DNA of 35,825 nucleotides, from positions 1 to 35,825 of the forward strand of contig PS015650.1 in NCBI GenBank assembly GCA_048213135.1, written 5' to 3'. Both the position numbers and the translations under genes were made by a program. The stretch is from Reclinomonas americana ATCC 50394. Its lineage: Eukaryota. The notes beneath the pieces are model-generated. The model was not told the origin of the DNA and searched no databases. It saw nothing but the letters and a program-made list of their open reading frames with translations. How positions within the stretch are numbered: position 1 is the stretch's first letter; the number at the start of each line of letters is the position of its first letter. Of the stretch, positions 1 to 11,178 are shown piece by piece.

Positions 1-250
1 AGAGAGAAGGAGAGGGAAAGAGAACACGGGCGTGTGGGAAAGAGACATATGCAGTGCACCAAGGCAGACAAGGAGAGAGAGAGAGAAGAGTGCGACATGT
101 CTCTCCCTGACAAGTCAATTTGCACCAGTCGGAAAACCACTGTCTCTCTCACTCTCGCGCACACTGCACACACAGCAACAAACACCACAACTCACAACAC
201 ATGCACGCGCAAGAGAGACAACAGACGCAAACACACACAAGAACGACATG

Positions 251-532
251 TCAAAAGTGCGCGACATGAACCTCTTCCTCCTCCTCCGCCTCTGCCTCCT
301 CAGCCGCTTTTTCTTCTCCTCCATCACTGGCGGCTTCCTCGTCCGCCTCTCCATCGTCCTCCACGTACACCACCTCATCGTCAACCACATAGTCATCGTC
401 GTCGTTGCTCGCCTCCTCATCATCCTCTTCCACCTCCTCCACCGGAGCACGCTTGCCGTGTGCCTGGTGCTGCACAAGCAGCAGCACAGCGCACAGGAGC
501 GCAAAGAGCAAGAGAAGCACCGACGCGCGCAT
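251..532 (-). CDS. Small (93 aa) secreted hyper-acidic protein, single exon
   Basis: ORF MRASVLLLLFALLCAVLLLVQHQAHG-KR has a hydrophobic signal-peptide-like N-terminus. It is followed by a D/E-dominated tract (EEVEEDDEEASNDDDD...EEEEEV) and a TGA stop at 251. Confidence 0.7.
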   Translation of the reverse strand: MRASVLLLLFALLCAVLLLVQHQAHGKRAPVEEVEEDDEEASNDDDDYVVDDEVVYVEDDGEADEEAASDGGEEKAAEEAEAEEEEEVHVAHF

Positions 533-716
533 GAGAGACCGAAAACGCCACTTGTCCCGGAGTTTTTCCGACGTCGGACACTTCTCTTGCTCTTGCCTTA
601 TATTTCTTGTTGCAGTTCATATCTCTCTCCTTGCCTCATCTCCATTGCTGGTCACGCACAAGACCTTGCGACACAATGCATGAGAATTTCGACTTCAGAA
701 CATTCTTCGGCTACCT

Positions 717-3700
717 TTACATGGCAGTGGAGAAGACGAGTTTCTGCACGTCGGCCAGCCGCCGCTTCTCGGCCTCAGAGAGCGTCGACTGCATGCGACC
801 ACCGGGACCCATCATGTTGGAGTAGACACGCGCCGTGGGCGACATGATGATCGAGCGTCGACGCTGTCCGTGAAAGGCGGAGGGCGTGGCGTGCCCCGAA
901 GACAGGTCACCCATCGACGTCTGTTGTGCGCGAGGCGAGTATCGCTGCACCACCGCCCCACCACCGCCGATGCCAAAGTGCGCCGGGGACGACACTGCGC
1001 CGGAGACGCCACTGGCGTCGCCACCACCACCGGCCAGACGGCGCAACTCGTCGTCGGCCGGCATCATTGACGACGACCACATATCCATGTTTTTGGCGCG
1101 TTGTACGAAAGACGAGGACGACGACGATGCGCGACTCTTGGGTCGCGGAATCGGCGAGGCATCCTCCATGCCGTCGAGCGTCAGCGGCAGAGGGCGGCCA
1201 CCGCCCAGCGAGAAGAGTCTGTGTCGCCGTGTGGCTGGATCGAGCGGCGATGCGGGCGACAAGGCGGTCTCGTAGTGTCGCGGTGATACGGGAGCCGAGA
1301 AGGCCACCATACCACTGCCACGACGCGCGCGGGTCGACTGACTTGGTGCGGCGAGTGTCGTGGACGACGACTGCAGCGGGTCGACCGGCTGCAGCTCGCC
1401 GTCGAACGACGACAGCGGGTCGAGTGTCACATCGTCGGCGTCGCCCACGTAGCCCTCCTCCTCGATGTCGTCGCCGCCGAACTCGGACTGCCCCGAATCC
1501 CCACCACCGTTCCTGCCGAGCACCACGAATCCGGGAAACAGCGGCTCCAAGTCCACCGAGGAACCGCGCCGGTGTGAGGAGCGCACGAGTCGATGTATTA
1601 CTGGTGGACCGACATCGTGAGCACGCGGGAGGCGTCGGCGCAGAACTGTCTTGTCGCGCATGCCCGGCTGGCGCAAGCCCAGGTGTCTTGCCAGCGCTGT
1701 TTCGGGGAGAGTGCAAGTGAGCGACGAGGAGGAGCGACTATTCAAACAACCATCACCGCCCTCACCTTCATGTTCCGTTCGCAGCTTCCGAGTGGTGGCG
1801 TCCGTGTCGGCTGGCGTGTCTCGCACCACGGTATCCGCTTGCGGCATGGCCACGGCCACGTCGACACTGCCTTGCGTCTTGTCCAGCGGATTTGGCGGCG
1901 CGCTGGACTGCGACTTGTTTAGTGGATTTGGCGGCATGCTGTCGGCCGACGCTGCAACATGCGAGTGGCGTCCGCGACGCTTGCCAGGCGCCGTCAGTTT
2001 GGGCGCACGCGGTGAATCGTCAGATGAGTCTGTTGAATCGGAGCGACGAGTGGACGACATGGCTCGATTTCTGGGGCGGGGTAGGGGGGTGAGTGGCAAC
2101 GACTCGGAGGCGGTCGTCGTCATTGGCACGCAACTTGATGCGATCGAACCACGTCGAGGACGACGGCGACGCATCCTGCCGCTTGTGCAACCAGTCGAGC
2201 ACGGCTTGCGACTGCGGCTGCGTCTGTTGCGGTGCGTCGGCAAAGGAAAAGTAGATGCGGTACAAGCCACGCGCTTGCAGCTCCTCGGCCGCCGCCGCCG
2301 GAACCTCCACGTTGTGCACGTGCAAGAAGTTGACACGGACGGTTTTGATGCCCTGCATGCCAACCACAATATGAGACACGGTGGGGACGAAAGAATTAAC
2401 TGGTGCCACTGCTGACCTTGAACCGCTTGCGATGTACGCTCCACATACGCGCCACCATGGTGTCGGCGGCAATCTCCGCCTGGTCAATGTCGGTGGGGAC
2501 GGGTTCTGGCTCGTTCACCATGTCGGCCGGGTCTGGCACCGACACTTCGCGATACCAGCGACGGATCTTGGATTTCATCTCGTCGTTGATGTATGTGCCA
2601 GCAACATTGGCCGCCGCCTCCTCGTGATCCGCTACGCCACCAGGCCGCGTGTGTGAGAGAGAGTTAGGGGGTGAAACAAAGGCACGGGCTTCTGCAACTC
2701 ACCAGCGGTGACTTCGGTGACGGCGCCCGTGTTGCGCATGCCGAGGGGCTGTGTGGTGGCCACGGGGTTGTCGGGTCGTGACTTGCGGCGCTGCCGGATC
2801 ATGAGCTTCTCACGCAGTCCACCCTGCTCCTCAGCGGCCACCACCTGAGCTCGTTCGTCCACTTGCGACAAAAAGTACCTGCACAGACACACGGTCAGTC
2901 GGCTCATTATTGTGCACGTAGACAACTCGCTGCGACGCACCTCTCGGAAAACATGAGCGACTGCATGGGAAACGTCTTGTGGAAGCGAGCCAACATGGAG
3001 AACTTGTCGGCGGCGCGCTGTGAACGCAGTCGCATGCTCGCCCTGCACATCAGTCAGAGGCAAGACAACTCACACGGAATGACAGCATTTCTCACACAGA
3101 CCGGACGTTGTCGGCGGCCTCGCTGGATCGTGAGGCGGCCGTGGGCGGCGGAGTGGCAGTCGGGAAAGACATGTCCGCCAGAGACATATCCCCGCCAAAG
3201 GTGCTGTCGTGACCGCTGCGAGCCGACACATCGGCACCACCGCGACTCCTCGGTCGACTGCGACTGGCACCCCGGCTGGGCGGTCGATCCGACGACTTGC
3301 CGCTGCCCATTCGCTTCTGCGGGGCCACAGGCGGCAACTGGCCCGGCGTCGACGGCCCACTTTCCAGCATCATGGTCGACATGTTCACCGATGGGAGCGG
3401 AGCTGTGGTGTCCAGCATCGTCGTACCCACGAATCGAGGTTCCGATCGACTGTTTCCGGTGATGAACAGGATGTGCGACGAGAAGCACACACACTGGTTG
3501 ACTGGACGCACCTGGCAGCTGACATGATGGGCGACTGCACCTGCTGTGTGGGTGCAGGCGATGAGCCCTGCGGTGAATTGGCGTGTTTCTTGGTCGGGCT
3601 CTCCAAGAACACCGCCATCAGCCACTCCAGTTGTTCACTGGCTCCCAGCGAAGTCGGCAAGCTCTCTGGCAAATCCGGTTGCGACGTGGTGGTGGCAAAC

Positions 3701-6218
3701 AGCTCCGTCAGTGATTCGTCAATCAGCTGTGAGCAGGCAAGATAAACAAGGTGAGCGACACCAACACTGATAGCGGCGCGAATGGCCATGCACTTACCGG
3801 CAGCTCTCGCGACGGCCCGGCCGACGATGTACCACTCGCCGAATGCGACGAACGGCTCACGAGCGCTGGTCGTGTGGTCGAGTGCGCAGTCGGGGATCGC
3901 GACGCGCTGCAAGGGCAGGGCGGGGGTGAGCGATGCGCGGAGGATAAGCAGACGAGGAGCACGAAAGTACCTCTCTTGTGCAATGGAAAATTGAGTCTGC
4001 ATGCAGAGAAGCGCAGGAATAGGGATGAGCATGGGGGAAATAGCACAGGTTGCACGCCGCAGCGACTTACCGCAGGTGCTCGAATGTACCAGTCGACGAG
4101 CATCTTGGCCTGACGCGGCAGCATCAGCGGATTCTGCATGGAGAATGCAATCTGTGTTGCGATAGACAGTGAGCGGAAATGGTTCATCGGAACCAGACAC
4201 TGCGAAACGCCTGACCTCGGGGCAAAAGACACGAATCGGTAGCGTGCCGATAATGGCCACGTCGTGCATGATCTTTTGCATGTAGGTGCGTTGCTTCCAC
4301 TCGAATTCGGAACCAGTGGCAAACGCAGACTTTTGGTTGGCAGTGTACGTCTGCCAAACGCGAATGCAGGTGAATTACCGTGTCCACACCCTGTCTCTTT
4401 CAAACAACGCGATGCACACCTGCAACGCTTGGTACGCCTCCACCACGTACACGGTGGCTGTACGCAGAGCGGTGACCAGCCGACGGACTTCGGTGCGCTT
4501 GTCGTTGATGTCCATGAGCAACTCGCTGTGCAATCAATCCAGCAGTCAGCAGTCAGCGACTGTTGAAAAAACACCGTGAGCTCGTGAGGCGCAACTCTTG
4601 GGTCAGGAACTTGACCGACTCGGCGATTTGCTGTCAACATCAACGCGTGAGACGAAGAGGAACGTGGCGCAGGCGCAAAGGCTACGTGCGGAACGCAACG
4701 ACGATGGAAGCAAAGAACGACTCGCGATGATTGATGCACTGCGACACCTTCGAGAGGAGGTGGCGCGTGTTGAGGCAGCGATCCAACTGTGTTTCCTTCT
4801 GGGTCAGCTGTCGAGTGGGAAAATCACTGCAAACAAGCCACACAGAGGTGTACCTCCTCCGCCACCGCTCGGCAGTGCTCCATCGACGGGCGCACACTCG
4901 TGTAGTGCTCCTTGGTGAAGGCGTGAAAGTACGAGTCGCGGATGCCGATCTCCGACCACAGACGACGAAGCATTTGCCAGGCATAAGCAAATGGGTCATC
5001 GCGAATGTCGGAGTGAGTGCGTGCGAGTGCGTCGGTCCGCTCACGAGTCTGCTGCGGACCGAGCAAGTGACATGACTCGATCAGCATCGGTGTGCCGAGG
5101 TCGGGGAGCGCTCGCACAGTGCGCTGTGCGGAGAAGAGTCAGCATGGCAGCGGCAGTGGGGAGCACATGCGCAGCAACGTACGTGAATGATTTGTGACAC
5201 TTCGTACTCTGCGCAGCAACACCAACCAATCATGTGTGAGTCGCAGGGCAACTTGGGGCACCGAAGCGATCGGTCACGCAACTGGCAATCTCGACACCGT
5301 CGTTGAGCAGCGTGACAGGGATGTGTGCATAGTCGCCGAACCGCGCCGCGTCCTTCAGCAGCTGCGACATGACATTGGGCTCCAGTGCATTGCTCTGCAC
5401 ACCACGCAGCCGGGCGCCACCTCCAACGGCACCGAGGCGACCAGATGGAGTCGCACTGGGCAGTGTTGCACCGCGACCACCACCAGCAGCAGCACCACCA
5501 GTCGCCTATACATCCAAGTCGACATGAGACTCCCGCACAGCTATCATCATCATCATCCTCGCCAGCACACGCAACGTTAGCATCCGCAAACAGGCGTCGA
5601 CGAGTCGGCTTCTCCAACTGTGGCAAAACGACGCCCGCACTGGGCGAACCACCTATCACACGCTCATCTTTAGCCACCAATCGACTGCAGCAAAGAAGAA
5701 CGATCCTCTCGCGCGCTCTCTCTCTCATACCTGCAGTCGGCGATCCAGCACCCTCACCACCTGCGCCACCACCCTCCGCCGATCCACCACCCGCCCCACC
5801 ACTCCCCGGTGCATCGCCTGCCACCCCGCTCCCACCTGCACCCGCCGCACCACCAGGCGTGCCCACCATTCCTGGCGAACCCATGGCCGACGGCAACGAC
5901 GAGGTCGTGGTCGATCGCAACTTTTGCTTCTTCTCCACTCGCCGTCGCCCATCGGGCGTCAGACCCATCACATTGCGCAACTGAGAAGTGGGTGAGCACA
6001 CAGGCCACGCACGAGAGGCAAACACACAGACCTCATCCACTGATCTTGCGGCATGGAGCTTCCTCAGAAAGCTGTTCTTCTCGATCCTGCGACGATTGAT
6101 TGTGTGCGTGAGTGACTCATCATCAGTTGTCTTGTGTGTGTGCGTGTGAGCCTGCGATGCGCAACAATAGCTTCCGATGTTCCTCCTCAAAGGCCTTGGC
6201 CGTCTGATTGGCGGTCAT
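717..6218 (-). CDS. Large multi-exon (~21 introns) protein of unknown function: helical N-terminal/central block, long Ser/Pro/Gly-rich disordered C-terminus
   Basis: Exons join in frame across GT-AG introns from a probable start MTANQTAKAFEEEHRKLLIEKNSF (ATG 6218). The path runs through ...EVRRLVTALRTATVYVVEAYQALQ|TYTANQKSAFATGSEFEWKQRTYMQKIMHDV... to ...RRLADVQKLVFSTAM-TAA (717). In-frame stops fall only in predicted introns. The start codon is inferred. Confidence 0.75.
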
Positions 6219-6332
6219 GCAACGTTCCAAACTGTCGATGGACGGCGTTGACAAGCGCGTACACACGTGTCACCACCGCCCATCATCATCATCACGTATC
6301 TCAAACTTCAGACAGAGGGAGAGAGAGAGAGA
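6219..6332. promoter_or_regulatory. Putative bidirectional promoter / shared 5' region
   Basis: Only 114 nt separate the divergent predicted start codons. No specific core motif was identified. Confidence 0.45.
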
Positions 6333-9259
6333 ATGAGTGGGCGATCGTCGCCCTCAGAGCCCGCGCTCTCTGTGAAACGAGTTGCGTGTCTGAGTGTGTA
6401 AGCCCTTGTGTGCGCGAACATGCATTCACTCGGTTTTGTGCTCTCTATCTCTCAGGCGGCTCTTCGCGCCACTGCCACCAACAAGCAGGTGTTGGGCCTG
6501 CGCACGCGTGAGCAGAGCAAGACGGCGTTTGATGAGATGCACCGCCTGCTCTGTGGTGTGTGTGTGTGTCTCTCATTGTGAATGCCCGTATTCTTCCTTC
6601 TCATCAGCAAACAGAGAGCGCGGAATCCCGTGTGACTCCCGATCCACTGCGTGTGCGTGATCTGGTGCGCCTGAAGCCCATGGACTTTTCGCAACAAGCA
6701 GGTTGCGCGTGTGTGTGTGTGCGCGCACGCTCTCCTTCTCTCTTGCCTGCTCTTGTGTGTTCAGTTCGCTCTTGGCGCACACACAGAGAACGGGCAGCAC
6801 GTTTCTCCGCTGGTGGCGCGACTGCGTGCACAGATGGCCGCCATGCAGCAGCGCAAGCAGGAAGAGGTAGACGAGAGGCAGAGGCAGCTGGCGGCGTACA
6901 TTCGCACGTCGCCTGCCTCCTCTTCGTCGTCGTCGTCGTCGGCGCCATCTCTATTGGCCGGACACGCAGTGTACAGGCAGCCGGGCGCAGAGGGTGAGTC
7001 GTTGTCGTCGACACACCGACGCAGCTCCATGCCTGCGCTGTCGATGCCGAGTGTCGGTGTGGCGGTGAAAGACGGGCGCAAGAGTCGTCGGCGAGTGTCA
7101 TCGCCGCGGGAGCGACCGGACACGCTGGAGGTGACTTTTTTCCTGATTCAGCGTCTCACCCCCCCAGCTTTCTGACGCGCACACGCGGACACAGGATCGT
7201 GTGCGAAAGCGTATTGAGTTGTGTCTGCGCAACCCGGAGGCCGCCGCGCAGCTCATTGATTATGCGGAGCAACTTGAGCGCAATTCGACAGAGGAGATAA
7301 GGATGCGGCAAGACGCCTCGCGCACTCGCTTGCAGGAGCACAAGGTCTGTGCATCTGTATATGTACACTTTGTTTTCGTTGGTCTGACTTGCCACGCACA
7401 CGCACACGCACGCAGCTGTGGCTCCAAAACGTGCAGCGTCTGCTCCACCTGGAGGTGACCAGTCCGAAATCGCACCGGTCGCCTCGGTCACGCTCTCCGT
7501 CCCCGTCACCGCCGCCAGAGCTGCTCGCCTCCCCAAAGAGCATGCTTGAGGTCGTGGAGCCGGCGGTGCGTTACGAGAGGATTCGGCGACCGATGGTGCG
7601 CTCGCCGATTGAACAGCTCCGCATGGTGGCCGAGCGGCAGGAGCTGTTGCGCAGGGAGTTTGAGGAGCAGCAGGAGCGCACTCGGCAAGACGTGGAGCGT
7701 AAAGCACAGCAGGCAGAGGAAATTCGCAAGCGCTTGGAGCGGGAGGAGGTCTGCACATGTGTGTGTCTGCTTGGTCTCGTCGAGTGTGTCGTCCACTCAT
7801 TCGCACGTGCGCACCGCGCCACAGGAACATCGACAACGATGTCGATGGTGGCTGAGTGTGGTTTCCTGCTTTTCGCGCATGTCGTACTGGACTATGGTTC
7901 TGGAGGCCACTCGTATTCGGCGAGCGGAGATTGAGAAGTTTGAGCGTGCCGTGTGCACGCTGCAGCGTCGCGTGTATCCCATGGTGCACCTGCGAGTACG
8001 TGTTCGCCGACGACGAGCTGCCAATGTTATCGCTCGCAAGTTGCGTGTTTTGCTCGTACGTGCTTCTTCCTTTCCAATGTTCATGCCTCTCATCGCCCAT
8101 TTATGGAAAAATAGCTTCTGGCGCTACCGCATGGGCAAGCGCATTCACCGCAAGCGTCGTGCCTGCGCGATTCTGCGATCCATGCTCTCCAAGAGCCGCT
8201 CCATCACTCGCTGCTTCGACTATCTCACCATTTTTCACCGACGAGGTACGTGCGACGGGTGCACACGCACAACGAGGCATCCATCTCATCTCAATTCTCC
8301 TGCCGCCCTTCGCAGTGCGCTTGGCGCAAGATGTCGTGCGACATTTGCTGGAGCGAGTGCGGGCGCGCAAGCGCACGTTCATCCAACAGTGGCAGCGCAA
8401 GGAGGAGGAGCTGCGTCGGTGGGCGCCCGACGAACGCCGTCGCCGCATGAAGCAGCGACGAGAGGCCGAGGCACAGGCGCGAATCGCAGCCAGCGCGGCA
8501 AGGCGCAATCGGCGCAACATGGTCAGTGCACGCATCAGTCTCTCCACCGTTCGTCTCATCGCCTCACTTAGTGCGCGGTGCAGGGCTCCTTCACGTCGAT
8601 GATGTCCATGACACACGCGCAACTGGTGGCCGAGCTGCATGCCGCAGAACCTCTGCCGCCTCCGCTCACTCCCCAGGAGGAGGCCATGAGCGTGCTGGTC
8701 GATGCGTATGCGGACTCGGACTTTGTGTTGGAAGAGTCCATCCGCAACCGCGTCATTGATCTGGCATGGCGCTCCCGCCGACGCCGCTACCGTTTGCAAA
8801 CGCGCGCCTACAAGCGGACGGTTGCCGAATCGGCGTGGTCCTCTGTGCGCACCAAGGTGCTCAGCCGGGCGGCGCAATTCGCCAGTGTCGTTGCGTGGTG
8901 GTGGAGGAGGAGGAGGGAGGGAGGAAGATGCTCGAGTGTTTTGTTTTCACGTGTGCTGACGATCGGTGTCAGACAATCGGCGTCAAGCTCGGTCGAAAGA
9001 ATATCATGCTGGCAGAGTTGCCAAAGCGGCCACGATTGCAGGTATCCATGCTCTGTGCTGCAGTCGACTTTCCTTCTGTTTGCTGCCTCACTCACTATGA
9101 CAACCACCCCAGCTGCTGGCCACGGAGAGCGAGCTGATTATTTACATGGCGCAGGCGGTGTTGGAGCAGCAGACGGGAAAGCCGTGCACTGACATGTTCA
9201 TGGAGCCGCAACCGGCGGCACACTCACCGACACACTCGATGTCAGCCGCCGCCAAGTAG
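6333..9259 (+). CDS. Multi-exon (11 introns) basic coiled-coil protein with degenerate IQ-like motifs; function unknown
   Basis: Spliced reading: MSGRSSPSEPALSVKR|AALRATATNKQ...QELLRREFEEQQERTRQDVERKAQQAEEIRKRLEREE|EHRQRCRWWL...VCTLQRRV...AANVIARNFWRYRM...VRLAQDVVRHLL...HSMSAAAK-TAG (9257-9259). The IQ resemblance is by eye only. Confidence 0.75.
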
Positions 9260-9304
9260 TGTAATGCACGTGCAGTTATTGTTGTTGTTGCTGTTATTTC
9301 TTTT

Positions 9305-10982
9305 TCAAGGGTATTTTCTGTATGGTGCCGTGGAGTCCTCCACCGGTAGTAATGCGCGGTCATCACTACTTCGCGATACGACGCTGCTGGTGGTGGTGGA
9401 GGTCGTCGTGTCCGCGGTCATTTCGTCGAGTGGGATCTGTGCCAGTTGAGTGAGGGATTGCGAAGGAGAAGAGAGAGAACGGGTGCGGCTCAAAAAAAAC
9501 CTCTTGTTTTCGCGAGTACTTGGAGAAGCGCGGATCCACATACAGGAAGAGCAGAATGCCCGCGCAAGGGAGGAGATCCATGACCTGCACAAGCGTGTTG
9601 AGTGCGATGGAGCGAAGCGGTGCGGGCGTCGGATCGAGGTCACCCAACCTGCACGACGAAATACACCATGTCCCAGTACTCGAGGAAGTTTTGCAGGTTG
9701 AACGCCAGAAGACCGGCACCGACAGCCACAGGGATGCAGTAGCCCGTGTAGCCGGCGGCGAGGAACATGACCTGCACTCACCACGTTTCATGATTATGAC
9801 GGATGTGACTGGAAGCAAAAAAGCGCCCAGTCACGTGCCTTCAACAACGATCGTCGTGCTCGCTTCCGCAAGGGCCCTCCGCCCTCTTTCATCCTTTGCT
9901 GGTTCGACGAGCGCATCAACACGAACAGCATGCACCACGTGATGACGAGATTGCAGGCGATGGTGAGCTGTCGGATCGCCATCCAGTCAGTCGGTGGAGA
10001 CAAGAACAAGGGGCACGGAAGAAGCCGCAGCGCACCAATACAAAGGCAAAGTAGATCTTAATGTCGGTGGTCTTCATCGTTGTCATTTGCACCATGCAGC
10101 TGACGACTGCGCATGGGAAAGAATGAATGCAAGAACTCGTCGTCGTCGTCGTCGGAAGCAACGCAACTGTCTCCAATCACCACTCCACTCACAAGCAGCA
10201 GCGCGATCACATAGCTCACGACCGAAAACGCAGCAGCGCGGAACAGCAGTCGCAACCTGGAAGGAGAAGAAGAAACCACACATGGCAACCGGAACACGAT
10301 CATCGTCATGATCATCATACAAGCAGGCAGAACAAACAAACGCGACAAACACCGCACCACAGCAGCATGAGCAAGAGGCCGGTGAGGTTGACAGTGACAT
10401 AGATCACCACCTAACGCGCACATTGTCGGTGCTCTTTTCATGACGGAAAAAGGCGAATGACGCAACAAAGGGCACATGCAATGCAATCGAGTTCGTGGTC
10501 GGATCACACAAGTGTTTGTTGAACACGTTGTAGAATGCAGCCACTGTGCACAAAGAGCGTGAGGTTCGTGCACACTCAAGAGGAGGAGACAAGCACACAG
10601 GTCACTCACCAATGAGATGTGTGCACACCAACACACGCAGCACTGTGTACAAGACGCGACTGAACCGATCATCGGCACTGACATGGAACGATCTGCGCTC
10701 GCGTGTGTGAGTGAGGGAGAGGTGCATTGTGAGAGACACGCACACACACACACACACACACACCGAAAGATGCGTATGTCTTGTCTCAGGCGATAGACAG
10801 TGATGCCAACGCCGCCGACGCCAGTGGCGAGGAAGAGGATGTTGAAGATGAGGTACGCCTGTGTGCATCCTGCGACACGTGCGTGCGGGGAGGAGTTACT
10901 CAGCTGAAGCACGAGTGTGTGTGAGTGTGTGAGTGTGTGAGAGAGAGACGGAACCTGCAAATGCCTCTGCGCCGTTGGTCAT
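9305..10982 (-). CDS. Seven-transmembrane protein, probable THH1/TOM1/GPR137-like (DUF1084) family
   Basis: The spliced product (10 introns) has seven hydrophobic segments: YLIFNILFLATGVGGVGITVY; VLYTVLRVLVCTHLIVAAFY; VPFVVIYVTVNLTGLLLMLLW; AFSVVSYVIALLLVSGVVIGDIV; IYFAFVLLTIACNLVITWCMLFVL; VMFLAAGYTGYCIPVAVGAGLLAF; MVYFVVQVMDLLPCAGILLFLY. The Trp at the end of TM3 and the (E/D)LLP in TM7 recall TOM1/GPR137. It has a Ser/Thr-rich tail and a TGA stop. Confidence 0.75.
9772..9838 (-). other. GC-AG intron in the 7TM gene
   Basis: AAG|GCACGT...GTGCAG|GTC is the only nearby junction found that keeps the frame into TM6. Neighbouring GT dinucleotides are in the wrong phase. Confidence 0.7.
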
Positions 10983-11178
10983 GTGGAAGAAAACGAGGAG
11001 AGTCGTCGGAAAGTGGATTTACAAACAACACCAAAGCTACATTGTTTTTCACCGCCCGGAAACGGCAGGAGGACGATGGTCACTCCGCCTCTAAGAAAGA
11101 AACACACACTTAAACACCTAAAACACTCCCCAGCGAGCTGCGGGTATTAGAACTACAACAATTACAACAACAATTCGA

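Noticed and set aside
9042-9112. Possible U12-type intron (donor GTATCCAT)
   Set aside because: It departs from GTATCCTT at +7 and has no TCCTTAAC-like branch site. Ordinary CTCAC branch motifs are present.
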